Shown: positions 1 to 13,000 of the stretch, in pieces
Layout of the letters: each line of letters opens with the position of its first letter
How positions within the stretch are numbered: position 1 is the first letter of the stretch
Assembly (NCBI GenBank): GCA_951406725.2
Contig: OX597815.1
Location: 212,102,001-212,166,000, forward strand
DNA: 64,000 nucleotides
Reading direction: 5' to 3'
Source: Octopus vulgaris
Lineage: Eukaryota
Notes under the pieces: model-generated
What the model was told of the DNA's origin: nothing
Databases searched by the model: none
The model's input: only the letters and a program-made list of their open reading frames with translations
Position numbers and translations under genes: made by a program

Positions 1-672
1 TAAGTACCAGTTACACACTGGAGTCGATAGAATCGACTTAATCCGTTTGTATGTCCTTCTTTGTCCTCTCTGTGTTTAGCCCCTTGTGGGTAGTAAAGAA
101 ATAGGTATTTCGTCTGCCGCTACGTTCTGAGTTAAAATTCCACCGAAGTCGACTTTGCCGTTCATCCTTTCGGGGTCGATTAAATAAGTACCAGTTTCGC
201 ACTGGGGTCGATGTAATCGACTTAATCCGTTTGTATGTCCTTGTTTGTCCTCTCTGTGTTTAGCCCCTTGTGGGTAGTAAAGAAATAGGTATTTCGTCGT
301 CTTTATGTTCTGAGTTCAAATTTCGCTGAGGTCGACTTTACCTTTCATCGTTCCGAGGGCGATAAATTAAGTACCAGTTCCGTACTGCGGTCGATCTAAT
401 CGATTGGCCCCCTCCCCCCAAAATTTCGGGCCTTGGGCCTATAGTAGAAAAGATTATATATCCTGGTGAGCTGGCAGAAATGTTAGCACATCGGGCGAAA
501 TGCTTAGCGGTGTTTCGACTGTCTTTACGTTCTGAGTTCAAATTCCGCCGAGGGCGACTTTGCCTTTCATCCTTTCGGGGTCAATAAATTCAGTACCTGT
601 TGTGTACTGGGGTCGATCTAATTGACTGGCCCCTCCCAAAAAATTTCGGGCCTTGTACCTATAGTAGAAAAA
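1..672 (+). mobile_element. Tandem/nested cluster of tRNA-derived SINEs (family with central GCCTTTCATCCTTTCGGGGTCGATAAATAAGTACCAG block)
   Basis: Repeated GTATTTCGTCTG..GTTCTGAGTTCAAATTCCGCCGAGGTCGACTTTGCCTTTCATCC units, with two tail types (..TGTGGGTAGTAAAGAAATA and ..GGGCCTTGTGCCTATAGTAGAAA). Same family at 30058, 43175, 48605, 51508. Confidence 0.85.
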
Positions 673-1134
673 TAGAAAAGAATTTATACCATCTAAAAAA
701 TGTTTGTAGAAATTTCCCCTTAAAAATTCGCATCTTTCTGAATGTTATGAGGAAACGAAGTCAGGTGGCGCTCTTGTGAAGGTAAAAGAAATAAACATTA
801 GAAATCCGTAACTAAACTGAATCGTTGGTTGGTTGGTTGTTGTTGTTGTTGTTGTTGTTGCTGTTGTTGTTGTTGTGGTTTACCCTAGGATCACACCCTG
901 ATAGAATATAGATCGAATCTCTAACAATATTATCCAAAGTATCCTTTTATAAGAAGGCAAGATGTGATATGAAAGAAATATGGTTGCTATTTCTAGCATT
1001 CGTCGTTGCCGTCGTCGTCGTCATCGGCAAACTCTAGTTCAGTCCTGACAAGGAAATCTATGATAAAACATTCTCCTGCTCTAACCGTCCCATCCCGTTC
1101 TTTTTTGTTTTTGTTTGTTTTTAAGCATCATATC

Positions 1135-1203
1135 CAATTGATCGATCTCACCTTGCCACCTGCATTCTTACTCAAACGTCTTACAAATTACAATTACACC
1201 ATT

Positions 1204-1242
<39 letters not shown>

Positions 1243-1328
1243 AACAATAAATAGCATATTTATTCTTAATATGTTCCGGCAGATTCGAACGTGACTATGC
1301 CAATCGGTGTTGCATTTTGTCCTTTACA
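1135..1328 (+). repeat. Dispersed repeat containing (CA)n; inverted homologue at ~23630-23805
   Basis: TATTCTTAATATGTTCCGGCAGATTCGAACGTGA..ATCGGTGTTGCATTTTGTCCTTTAC matches the reverse complement of 23632-23700. Confidence 0.7.
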
Positions 1329-2155
1329 GACGAGAGAACGTCATTTCAGAACTATTCCGGCTGCTATTTCTAGCAGGTCTAACCATACACCGAGACCCCC
1401 CCTGTACTTGTTTAGCACATTAGTTTATAGGTAAGCGACGCCATTGTTCCGCACTAAAAGGAGGAGACGGTTTATTGTTTATTTTTATTGTTTGTATCAT
1501 ATCTAACCAGGGAATGTGATGCATCGTTATTTTCTCTTCCTGACGACATTATCTTCTTATCTTCTTACTTCCCTCCCCCCCCCCACTCCACACAAACCCT
1601 CACCAATCAACTTCTCTCAAGTATCCATCCTTCGTACACTTCCGCCATTTTACTACACTTTCAGATTTTGTCTCGTCTCCAATATTTTTCTTTCATCATT
1701 TTTGCATGTCTTCTTTTCCTTTCGCCCCAAATACCTCGCTTTTCTTTTACGTTTCTGCTTTTCTTTTCTTTCTGTTTTTTCTTTTATGAACATCTTTTTA
1801 AAGCTTTACCCAACTGTTTTTCATTTCTCTGTTACAGCTCTCTACAGTGTTCACAGATTCTCTCTCCCTACCTGTCTCTTTTCCTCTTTCTTCTTCCTTT
1901 ATTTTTCATATTGTGTGCATATATACACACACAGACACACACACACGCATACACACGTTTATATACATAGATATTTATATACAAAACAGACCCATGCGTG
2001 GTGTGTGTTTATATGTATACACGCACACATATATATATATATGCATTAGAAACATGTGTAGGTCTGTCTGAAGCAGTATAATATAAAAGGTAATGCTAAT
2101 GCTACTTCGTAATAATCATTATTATTATTATAGATACATACAAACACACACGCAC

Positions 2156-2203
<48 letters not shown>

Positions 2204-2273
2204 TTATGTATACACACATGTTCAAATATATATATATACACACACACTTACAAATATAAATATATATATATGT

Positions 2274-2357
<84 letters not shown>

Positions 2358-2574
2358 GAATATATAATTATGAGTATAATTATAATTAGGGTTCAGCAAG
2401 AATTTCCTTCACTACCTAACGAAATTTAAAAAATAGCAGTTAAAACGAACAATTTCACTACAACAGAAAAAAACTATCCCATAGAGCAGTACCCAACAAC
2501 CAACGCAAAGAGAACTACATGGTAAAATTATAAATTATTAATTGATGAATTAAATTTACAATTTATTATGATGG

Positions 2575-2668
<94 letters not shown>

Positions 2669-2669
2669 A

Positions 2670-2720
<51 letters not shown>

Positions 2721-2723
<3 letters not shown>

Positions 2724-5700
2724 ACAGGACAAAGATCCCGTTCCTGAGAGACTTTGTTGCATGCAATCAAGCCATATGCATAGCACTTACAGAAACGCAC
2801 CTGAAACCGGACATAGCAGATGCGGAGTTACACATACCACAGTATGCTGTACTACGGACCGACAGGAAAGAAAGGAGTCATGGAGGTGTTGCTATGTACA
2901 TCCGTGAGGACCTCACACCCCAGGTCCTCTTGTCATACTCAAACTCGGTGTGTGACACACTAATTGTACATATTAAGCAACTTGATGTAGTTGTGTGTGC
3001 TACATATCGCCCTCCAGATGCCCCAAGCCATGTGGGCAAGTTTGAAGACTGCCTTATAAAAATAGAAGAAATTCTAACCACATTAGAACAACACATAGGT
3101 GTGCTTCTTATGGGAGACTTCAATCTGCCCAATGTCAGATGGCCCGAGGGCCTTTCTCTCCCAGGAATGACAAGATGTGAACGAGGACAGGCGAGGTCCC
3201 TCCTGAACCTCATCAACACCCTGTACATGGAGCAGGTAATACTCCAACCAACCAGGGCAGGTAACACACTGGATCTCTGCTTCACAAATGACATGGATCT
3301 CATCCATAATGTGAAAGTGACACCGACACTACTCTCGGATCACAACATGATAGAGCTGACCATGTACGGGCCAAAAGAGAGCACGGACATGCAGCCTACA
3401 AGAAACCCTCAAAATCTTTCCAGCTTGAACTACCATAAGGCAAACTGGAAACAAATTGAGAAAGAGATCCTCAAACAAAACTGGCCTAAATGTCTCTCCT
3501 CGCCAGACATCGACGTGAAACTTCAACAATTCATGTCTGTAATGCAAGCCATATGCTACAAATGTGTCCCAGAGAGAAAGGCCACTGTACACAAGAACAA
3601 AATCCCCAGAGAGAGGAAAATTTTAATGAGACGGCGTACAAAATTTTCAAATCGCCTAAACAAACAGATTGAAAGCAGTGAAAAGTCCCGCCTAAAAATA
3701 AAACTGTTGGAAATCGAAAAATGTCTGCAACTCTCCCATGAAAAAGAAAGAGCAGACAAAGAAGCCTGGGCTATAGAAAACATAAAATCTAACCCCAGAG
3801 CTTTCTACAGGTATGCCAAAGAAACAGCTACAGTGCACTGTAGAATAGGGCCACTCCTCGAAAAGGATGGCACACTTACAGGAAAACCAATGAGGGTAAG
3901 TGAAATACTGAATGAGCAATTCAAGAGTGTTTTCACTCCACCCCTTGGGCATCTCCAAATCACCAATCCAACTGACTTTTTTACCACTGCAGATATAAAA
4001 TCAGAGGCGGCGACGATAGACTACATCGATATAAAGGAAGACGATGTAACCAAGGCTATAGATGAAATGAAAACAGACTCAGCTACTGGCCCCGATGGAT
4101 TCCCGGCAATCCTCCTAAAAGCATGTAAGAGAGTCCTAGCAAGACCACTGCAGTTCCTCTTTCAGAGCTTCCTTGCAGCTGGCAAACTTCCAGGAAAACT
4201 GAAGGAAGGTAAAATATGCCCCATTCATAAAGGAGGTAGCAGAGCGGAAGCCAAGAACTATAGACCTATCTCTCTGACCTCACACATCAGCAAGGTCATG
4301 GAACGAATAGTCAGAAGGAAGCTGATCACCTTCCTTGAAGAGAATGACTTGCTGCCCGACACCCAACATGGTTTCCGACCAGGGAGAAGCTGTTTAACTC
4401 AGCTCCTACAACACTATGACTGGGTGCTGAAACGGCTGCTCAACCACTCAAATGTGGAAGTGATATATCTCGACTTTGCAAAGGCCTTTGATAAAGTCGA
4501 TCATGGAATGATATGTCACAAACTGCGTGATCTCAACATAGTTGGAAAACTGGGAGAATGGCTTCATGACTTTCTGAAGGATAGAAGTCAGGTGGTAGTA
4601 GCCAATGGGGCCACCTCCATTAACACACAAATAGTGAGCGGTGTTCCGCAGGGCACTGTTCTGGGACCACTACTGTTCATAATGGCCCTCTCAGACATGC
4701 CCTCAGCCACGCAGAGAGCCACGATCACAAGTTATGCAGACGATACAAAAGTTTCACAGGCAATACAGAACCCTGAGGACACTAAACACCTGCAATGTGA
4801 GCTGGACGAAATATACAAGTGGGCTAAAAACAATAGCATGCAGTTCAATGCTGGAAAGTTTCAAGCTTTATACTATCAGCATGCAAAACTGAATGCAATA
4901 CCCAATGAATACACTGGACCCGGAGGGATTGCAATCCCAGAGGCACAATCAGTGCGTGACCTGGGTATTCACATGAGTGATGACGCGACCTTTCATGTAC
5001 ATGTTGCTAAACTGACAATGAAATGTAGACGGCTGGCTGGATGGATTCTTAGAACCTTTAGAACAAGAGAACAAGAAACCATGATGGTCCTCTGGAAGAC
5101 ACTTGTCCTAAGCCACTTTGACTATTGCTCTCAGCTATGGTCACCATCCAGTGTCAAGTTGATCACAGAACTTGAGGCGATCCAACGAAGCTACACAAAG
5201 AAGATAGCCTCTATGCAGAATGTAAGCTACTGGGAAAGACTCAAGAGATTAAAATTATATTCCCTGGAGCGTAGGCGGGAAAGATATGCCATAATATACA
5301 TCTGGAAGATCCTGGAGGGAAGTGTCCTGAACTTTGGCATCGAGAGTTACGCAAATGCCAGAACTGGGCGCCACTGCGTGGTGCCTAGGACTCCAAACCT
5401 GCCATCAAGATGTAGGACAAGATTCTGTGATAGCCTGGGCTTCCGAGGCCCACAGCTCTTCAATATCCTCCCGAAGAACCTGAGAGACCTGCATGGGGTG
5501 GATACAGATGTCTTTAAAATGAAGCTGGATCTCTTCCTGTCAGGTGTCCCAGATGAACCAACTTCACGGCAGGAGGGGCAGATGAGGGCAGCTGCATCGA
5601 ACTCTCTCATGCACCAAATAGCAGTTGCTAGAAAGCCTCTATGAAGTGAAACCAAGTAGCAACACCAAATGGCGGTGCCCCAGCATGGCCACAGCTCATA

Positions 5701-5736
5701 GGCTGAAACTAGAATCAATCAATCAATCAATCAATC
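2721..5736 (+). mobile_element. 5'-truncated CR1/L2-group LINE inserted in (TA)n, ending in (AATC)n
   Basis: (TA)n on both sides. Intact APE+RT ORF, short 3' UTR with stem-loop at 5671-5709, (AATC)n tail at 5713-5736. Confidence 0.9.
2723..5644 (+). CDS. LINE ORF2: APE endonuclease + reverse transcriptase (frame open upstream of the tracked Met at 2894)
   Basis: ALTETHL, YRPP, GDFN, LDL, SDH (APE); [36 protein letters not shown] (RT); YSLERRR C-terminal motif. No stops. Confidence 0.95.
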
Positions 5737-5815
5737 ATATATATGCATATATCTATATATATATAAATATATATATATGTACATATATATATACTTACAA
5801 ATATATATATATATA

Positions 5816-5849
<34 letters not shown>

Positions 5850-5870
5850 AATATATACATACACATATAC

Positions 5871-5929
<59 letters not shown>

Positions 5930-6248
5930 AATATATATATACACATACATATATATACTTACATACATATATTTAAATAATGAGGGAGATGAATTGAATA
6001 TTAATTTAATTAATATCAATTTAAAACCAGTAGCCTATAATACAAAAATCTGAAAAATCAAAGAACATTTTAATACATGTGTATATTTAAAGAGCTAAAA
6101 TAACCACTAAGTGGTCAGCCGTATGCTAGAAGAAGATCACCTACGATCAAACTACAAAGAAAAGAATGTTCTCTAGAGAAAAATTCAGCGGACACCAGAA
6201 AGATATGCGGGCAAGATAGATGAAAATTATATAAAAGACAAGAACTAC

Positions 6249-6323
6249 TCACAGACCGGCAGTTTCGCCTATTAACGAATGAATCACTTATGTAATCCCT
6301 CGTCCGACGGCTCATCAGTGTGA
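6249..6323 (-). ncRNA. Type I hammerhead ribozyme, inverted copy of the array unit
   Basis: Reverse complement reads TCACA-CTGATGA-GCC..GGC-GAAAC-TGCC-GGTC-TGTGA. Confidence 0.8.
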
Positions 6324-6965
6324 TCGTTTCACGGGTAATAAAATTGGTAAAATTAATGACCAGATTTCCGTATAGAAACAAACACGTGCTTAGTTTCAGC
6401 GATTACATTGGTGTTTTTTTTTTCCGGAATTTTAGCGTGCCAGAACTCAGACATTTCAAATTAACCACAATGTAATCGGTGAAACTAAGCACGTGTCTGT
6501 TTTTATACGGAAATCTGGTGATTACTTTTAAAATTATATTACCTGTTTAACGATCACACTGACGAGCCATCGGACGAGGGATTACATAAGTGATTCATTC
6601 GTTAATAGGCGAAACTGCCGGTCTGTGAGTAGTTCTTGTTTTTTATATTATCTTCATCTGTCTTGCCCGCATATTGTTCTGGAGTCCGCTGAATTTTTCT
6701 CTAGAAAACATTCTTTTCTTTGTACATTGATCGTAGGTGATCTACTTCTAGCATACGGCTGACCACTTAGTGTTTTTATAGCTCTTTAAATATACACATG
6801 TATTAGAATTTTCTCTGATTTATTTACTGCTCATTGTCTTTCCGGGATTTTAGCGCGCCAGAGCTCAGACATTTGAAATTAACCACAATGTAATCTGTGA
6901 AACTAAGCACCTGTCTGTTTTTATACGGAAAGCTGTGGTTAGTTTCACAAATTATATTACCTGTG

Positions 6966-7053
6966 GAACGATCACACTGATGAGCCTTCGGACGAGGGAT
7001 TACATAAGTGATTTATTCGTTAATAGGCGAAACCGCCGGTCTGTGAGTAGTTC
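6966..7053 (+). ncRNA. Type I hammerhead ribozyme (representative array copy, unit 2)
   Basis: Stem I TCACA/TGTGA extended by GAAC/GTTC; core CTGATGA (6977-6983); stem II GCCT/AGGC extended by GACGA/TCGTT and GATTAC/GTGATT; GAAAC (7029-7033); stem III ACC/GGT; predicted cleavage after GTC (7041). Confidence 0.9.
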
Positions 7054-10000
7054 TTGTTTTTTATATAATTTTCATCTGTCTTGCCCGCATATTGTTCTGG
7101 TGTCCGCTGAATATTTTTCTAAAGAACATTCTTTACTCTGTAGTTTATCGTAGGTGATCTACAGCTAGCATACGGCTGACCACTTAGTGGTGTTTTGGCA
7201 CTTTAAATCTACACATGTATTAGAATTTTCTCTGATTTTTCAGGTTTTTGTATGCTATGCTACTGGTTTTAAATTGATATTAATTAAATTGATATTAATT
7301 TTATCTCGCTCATTATTTAAATGTTAAAATAAATATATTCTCTAATAGGCGGCATTAACTGCAGTAAATTATTTACTGCAGAATTTGTTTCCGGCATTTT
7401 AGCGCGCCAGAACTCAGACATTTAAAATTAACTCCAATGTAATCCGTGAAACTAAGCACCTGTCTGTTTTTATACTGAAACCTGTGGTTAGTTTTACAAA
7501 TTATATTACCTGTGGAACGATCACACTGACGAGGCTTCAGACGAGGGATTACATAAGTGATTCATTCGTTAATAGGCGAAACCGCCGGTCTGTGAGTAGT
7601 TCTTGTTTTTTACATAATTTTCATCTCACTTGCCCGCATATTGTTCTGGTGCCCGCTGAATTTTTTTCTAGTGAATATTCTTTTACGATCAAACTACAGC
7701 TTGATCGTAGGTGATCTATTTCTAGCATACGGCTGACCACTTCGTGTTTTTATAGCCCTTTAAATATACACATGTATTAGAATTTTCTCTGATTTTCAGA
7801 TTTTTGTATGCTAGGCTACTGGTTTTAAATTGATATTAATTAAATAAATATTCAATTTATCTCCCTTATTATTTAAATGTAAAAATTAATATGTTCTCTA
7901 ATAGGCGGCATTAACTGCGGTAAATTATTTACTGCAGATTTTGTTTCCGGAATTTTAGCGCGCCAGAACTCAGACATTTCAAATTAATCACAATGTAATC
8001 GGTAAAACTAAGCCCTTGTCTCTTTTTTTACGGATGCTGGTGGTTAGTTTTACAAATTATATTACCTATGGAACGATCAAACTGACGAGCCTACGACTAG
8101 GGATTACATAAGTGATTCATTCCTAAATGGGCGAACAGCCGGTCTCTGAGTAATTCTTGTTTTTTATATAATTTCATCTATCTTGCCCGCATATTGTTCT
8201 AGTGTCCGCTGAATTTTTCTCTAGAGAACATCTGTCTTTTCTTTGTAGTATTATCTTAGGTGATCTACTTCTAGCATACGGCTGACCACTTAGTAGTGTT
8301 TTAGCTCTTTAAATATACACATGTATTAGAATTTTCTCTGATTTTTCAGATTTTTGCATTCTAGGCTACTGGTTTTAAATTGATATTAATTATATTAATA
8401 TTCAATTTATCTCCCTCATTACTTAAATGTTAAAATAAATATGTTCTCTAATAGGTGGCATTAACTGCAGTTAATTATTTACTGCAGATTTTCTTTCCGG
8501 AATTTTAGCGCGCCAGAACTCAGACATTTCAAATTAACCACAATGTAATCTGTGAAACTAAGCACCTGTCTGTTTTTATACGGAAAGCTGTGGTTAGTTT
8601 CACAAATTATATTACCTGTGGAACGATCACACTGATGAGCCTTCGGACGAGGGATTACATAAGTGATTTATTCGTTAATAGACGAAACCGCCGATCTGTG
8701 AGTAGTTCTTGTTTTTTATATAATTTTCATCTGTCTTGCCCGCATATTGTTCTGGTGTCCGCTGAATTTTTCTCTAGAGAACATTCTTTTCTTTGTAGTT
8801 TGATCGTAGGTGATCTACTTCTAGCATACGGCTGACCACTTAGTGGGGTTTTAGCCCTTTAAATATACACATGTATTTGAATTCCCTCTGATTTTTCAGA
8901 TTTTATCTATGCTAGGCTACTGGTTTTCAATTAATATTAATTAAAATAATATTCATTTTATCTACCTCATTATTTAAATGTTAAAATAATATGTTCCCTA
9001 ATAGGGGGCATTAACTGCTGTAATTTATTTACTGCAGATTTTGTTTCCGGAATATTAGCGCGCCAGAACTCAGACATTTCAAATTAACCCCAATGTAATC
9101 GGTGAAACTAAGCACGTGGATGTTTTTTTCACGGAAAGCTGGTGATGAGTTTTACAAGTTATATTACCTGTGGAACGATCACACTGATGAGCCTTCGGAC
9201 GAGGGATTACATAAGTGATTCATTCGTTAATAGGCGAAACCGCCAGTCTGTGAGTAGTTTTTGTTTTTTATATTATTTTCATTTGTCTTGCCCGCATATT
9301 GTTCAGGTCTCCGCTGATTTTTCCCTAGAGAATATTCTTTTCTTTGTAGTTTGATCGGTGGTGGTCTACTTCTAGCATACGGCTTACCACTTAGTAGTTC
9401 TTTAGCACTTTAAATATACACATGTATTACTATTTTCTCTCATATTTCTGATTTTTGTATTGTAGGCTACTGGTTTTAAATTGATATTAATTAAATTAAT
9501 ATTCATTTTATCTCGCTCATTATTCAAATGTTAAAATAAATATGTTCTCTAATAGGTGGCATTAACTGCAGTAAATTATTTACTGCAGATTTTGTTTCCG
9601 GAATTTTAGCGCGCCAGATCTCAGACATTTCAAATTAACCACAATATAATCGGTGAAACTAAGCATGTGTCTGTTTTTATAGGGAAAGATGGTGATTAGT
9701 TTTACAAATTATATTACCTGTGGAACGATCACACTGACGAGCCTACGGAGGAGGGATTACATAAGTGATTAATTCGTTAATAGGCGAAACCGCCGGTCTG
9801 TGAGTAGTTCTTGTATTTATATAATTTTCATCTGTCTTGCCAGCTTATTATTCTGTTGTCCGCTGAATTTTTCTCTAGAGAACATTATTTACTTTGTAGT
9901 TTGATCGTAGGTGATCTACTTCTAGCATACGACTGACCACTTACTGGTTTTTATCTCTTTAAATATACACATGTATTAGAATTTTCTCTGATTTTTCAGA

Positions 10001-13000
10001 TTTTTGCATGCTAGGCTCCTGGTTTCAAATTGATTTTAATTAAATTAATATTCAATTTATCTCCCTCATTATTTAAATGTTAAAATAGATATGTTCTCTA
10101 ATAGGTGGCATTAACTGCAGTAAATTATTTACTGCAAATTTTGTTTCCGGAATTTTAGCGCGCCAGATCTCAGACATTTCAAATTAACATTATTTGAATG
10201 TTAAAATAAATATGTTTTCTAATAGGCGGCATTAACTGCAGTAAATTATTTACTGCAGATTTTGTTTCCGGAATTTTAGCGCGCCAAAACTGAGACATTT
10301 GAAATTAACCGCAATGTAATCGTTGAAACTAAGCACCTGTCTGTTTTTATACGGAAAACTGGTGATTAGGTTTACAAATTATATTACCTGTTTAACGATC
10401 ACACTGACGAGCCTACGGACGAGGGATTACATAAGTGATTCATTCGTTATTAGGTGAAACCGCCGGTCTAAGAATAGTTTTTTTTTATATAATTTTCATC
10501 TATTTTGCCCGCATAATGTTCTGGTGTCCGCTGAATTTTTCTCTCGAGAATATTCTTTTCTTTGTAGTTTGATCGTAGGTGATCTACTTCTAGCATACGG
10601 CCGACCACTTACTGGTTTTTATCTCTTTAAATATACACATGTATTAGAATTTTCTCTGATGTTTCAGATTTTTGCATTCTAGGCTACTGGTTTTAAATTG
10701 ATATTAATTAATATAATATTTAATTTATTTCCCTCTCATTATTTAAATTTTTAACTATATATCATCTCTAATGGGAGGCATTAACTGCAGTTAATTATTT
10801 ACTGCAGATTTTGTTTCCGCAAATTTAGCGCCCCAGAACTCAGACATTTCAAATTTACAACAATGTAATCGGTGAAACTAAGCACGTGTCTGTTTTTATA
10901 GGGAAAGTTGGTGATTAGTTTTACAAATTATATTACCTGTGGAATGATCACACTGATGAGCCTTCGGACGAGGGATTACATATCTGATTCATTCGTTAAT
11001 AGGCGAAACCGCCGGTCTGTGAGTAGTTCTTGTTTTTTATATAATTTTCATCTATCTTGCCCGCATATCTTTCTGGTGTCCGCTGAATTTTTCTCTAGAG
11101 AACATTCTTTTCTTTGTAGTTTGATCGTACGTGATCTACTTCTAGCATACGGCTGACCACTTAGTAGTTCTTTAGCCCTTTAAATATACACATGTATTGG
11201 AATATTCTCTGATTTTTCAGATTTTTGTATGCTAGGCTACTGGTTTTAAATTAATATTAATTAAAATAATATTCATTTTGTCTCCCTCATTATTTAAATG
11301 TTAAAATATATATGTTCTCTAATGGGAGGCATTAACCGCAGTAATTTATTTACTGCAGATTTTGTGTCCGGAATTTTAGCGCGCCAAAACTCAGACATTT
11401 GTAATTAACCACAATGTTATCGGTGAAACTAAGCACGTGTCCGCTTTTTATACGGAAAGCTGTTGATTAGTTTTACAAATTATATTACCTGTGGAACGAT
11501 TACACTGACGAGCCTACGGATGAGGGATTACATAAGTGATTTATTCCTTAATAGGCGAACCGCCGGTCTGTGAGTAATTCTTGTTTTTCATATAATTTTC
11601 ATCTGTCTTGCCCGCATATCGTTCTGATATCCGCTGAATTTTTTTCTAGAGAACATTCTTTTCTTCGTACTTTGATCGTAGGTGATCTACTTCTAGCATA
11701 CGACTGACCACTTAGTGGTTGTTTAGCACTTTAAATATATACATGTATTAGAATTTTCTCTGATTTTCAGATTTTTGTATGCTAGGCTGCTTGTTTTGAA
11801 TTGATATTAATTAAAATAATATTCATTTTATCTCCCTCATTATTTAAATGTTAAAATAAATATGTTCTCATATAGGTGATATTAACAGCAGTAAATTATT
11901 AATGCACATTCTGTTTCCGGAATTTTAGCGCGCCATAACTCAGACACAATGTAATAGGTGAAACTAAGCACGTGTCAGTCTTTATACGGAAAAATGGTGG
12001 TTAGTTTTACAAATTATATTACCTGTGGAACGATCGTACTGACGAGCCTACGGACGATGGATTACATAAGTGATTCATTCGTTAATAGGCGAAACCGCCG
12101 GTCTGTGAGTAGTTCTTGTTTTTTTATATAATTTTCATCTGTCTTGCCCGCATATTGTTCTGGTGTCCGCTGAAATTTTCTCAAGAGAACATACTTTTCT
12201 TTGTAGTGTGATCGTACGTGATCTACTTCTAGCATACGGCTGACCACTTAGTGTTTCTTTAGCCCTTTAAATATACACATGTATTAGAATTTTCTATGAA
12301 GTTTCAGATTTTTGTATTGTAGACAACTGGTTTTAAATTGATATTAATTAAATTAATATTCATTGTAACTCTTTCATTATTTAAATCTTAAAATCAATAT
12401 GTTCTCTAATAGGTGGCATTAACTGCAGTAAAATATTTACTGCAGATTTTTTTTCCGGAATTTTAGAGCACCAGAACTCAGACATTTCAAATTAACCACA
12501 ATGTAATCGGTGAAACTAAGCACCTGTCTGTTTTTATACGGAAAGCTGGTGATTAGTTTTACAAATTATATTACCTGTGCAAGGATCACACTGATGAACC
12601 TTCGAACGAGGGATTACATAAGTGATTCATTCGTTAATAGGCGAAACCGCCGGTCTGTGAGTAGTTCTTGTATTTATATAATTTTCATCTGTCTTGCCCG
12701 CATATTGTTCTGAGGGCCGCTGAATTTTTCTCTAGAGAACATTCTTTTCTTTGTAGTGTGATCGTACGTGATCTACTTCTAGCATACGGCTGACCACTTA
12801 GTAGTTCTTTAGCCCTTTAAATATACACATGTATTAGAATTTTCTCTCATATTTCAGATTTTTGTATTGTAGACTACTTGTTTTAAATTGATATTAATTA
12901 AATTAATATTCAATTTATCTCCCTCATTATTTGAATGTTAAAATAAATATGTTTTCTAATAGGCGGCATTAACTGCAGTAAATTATTTACTGCAGATTTT

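Noticed and set aside
1488-2800. ORFs rich in YI/HT/CV repeats here and throughout the window
   Set aside because: Translations of stop-free (TA)n, (CA)n and (TACA)n microsatellites.
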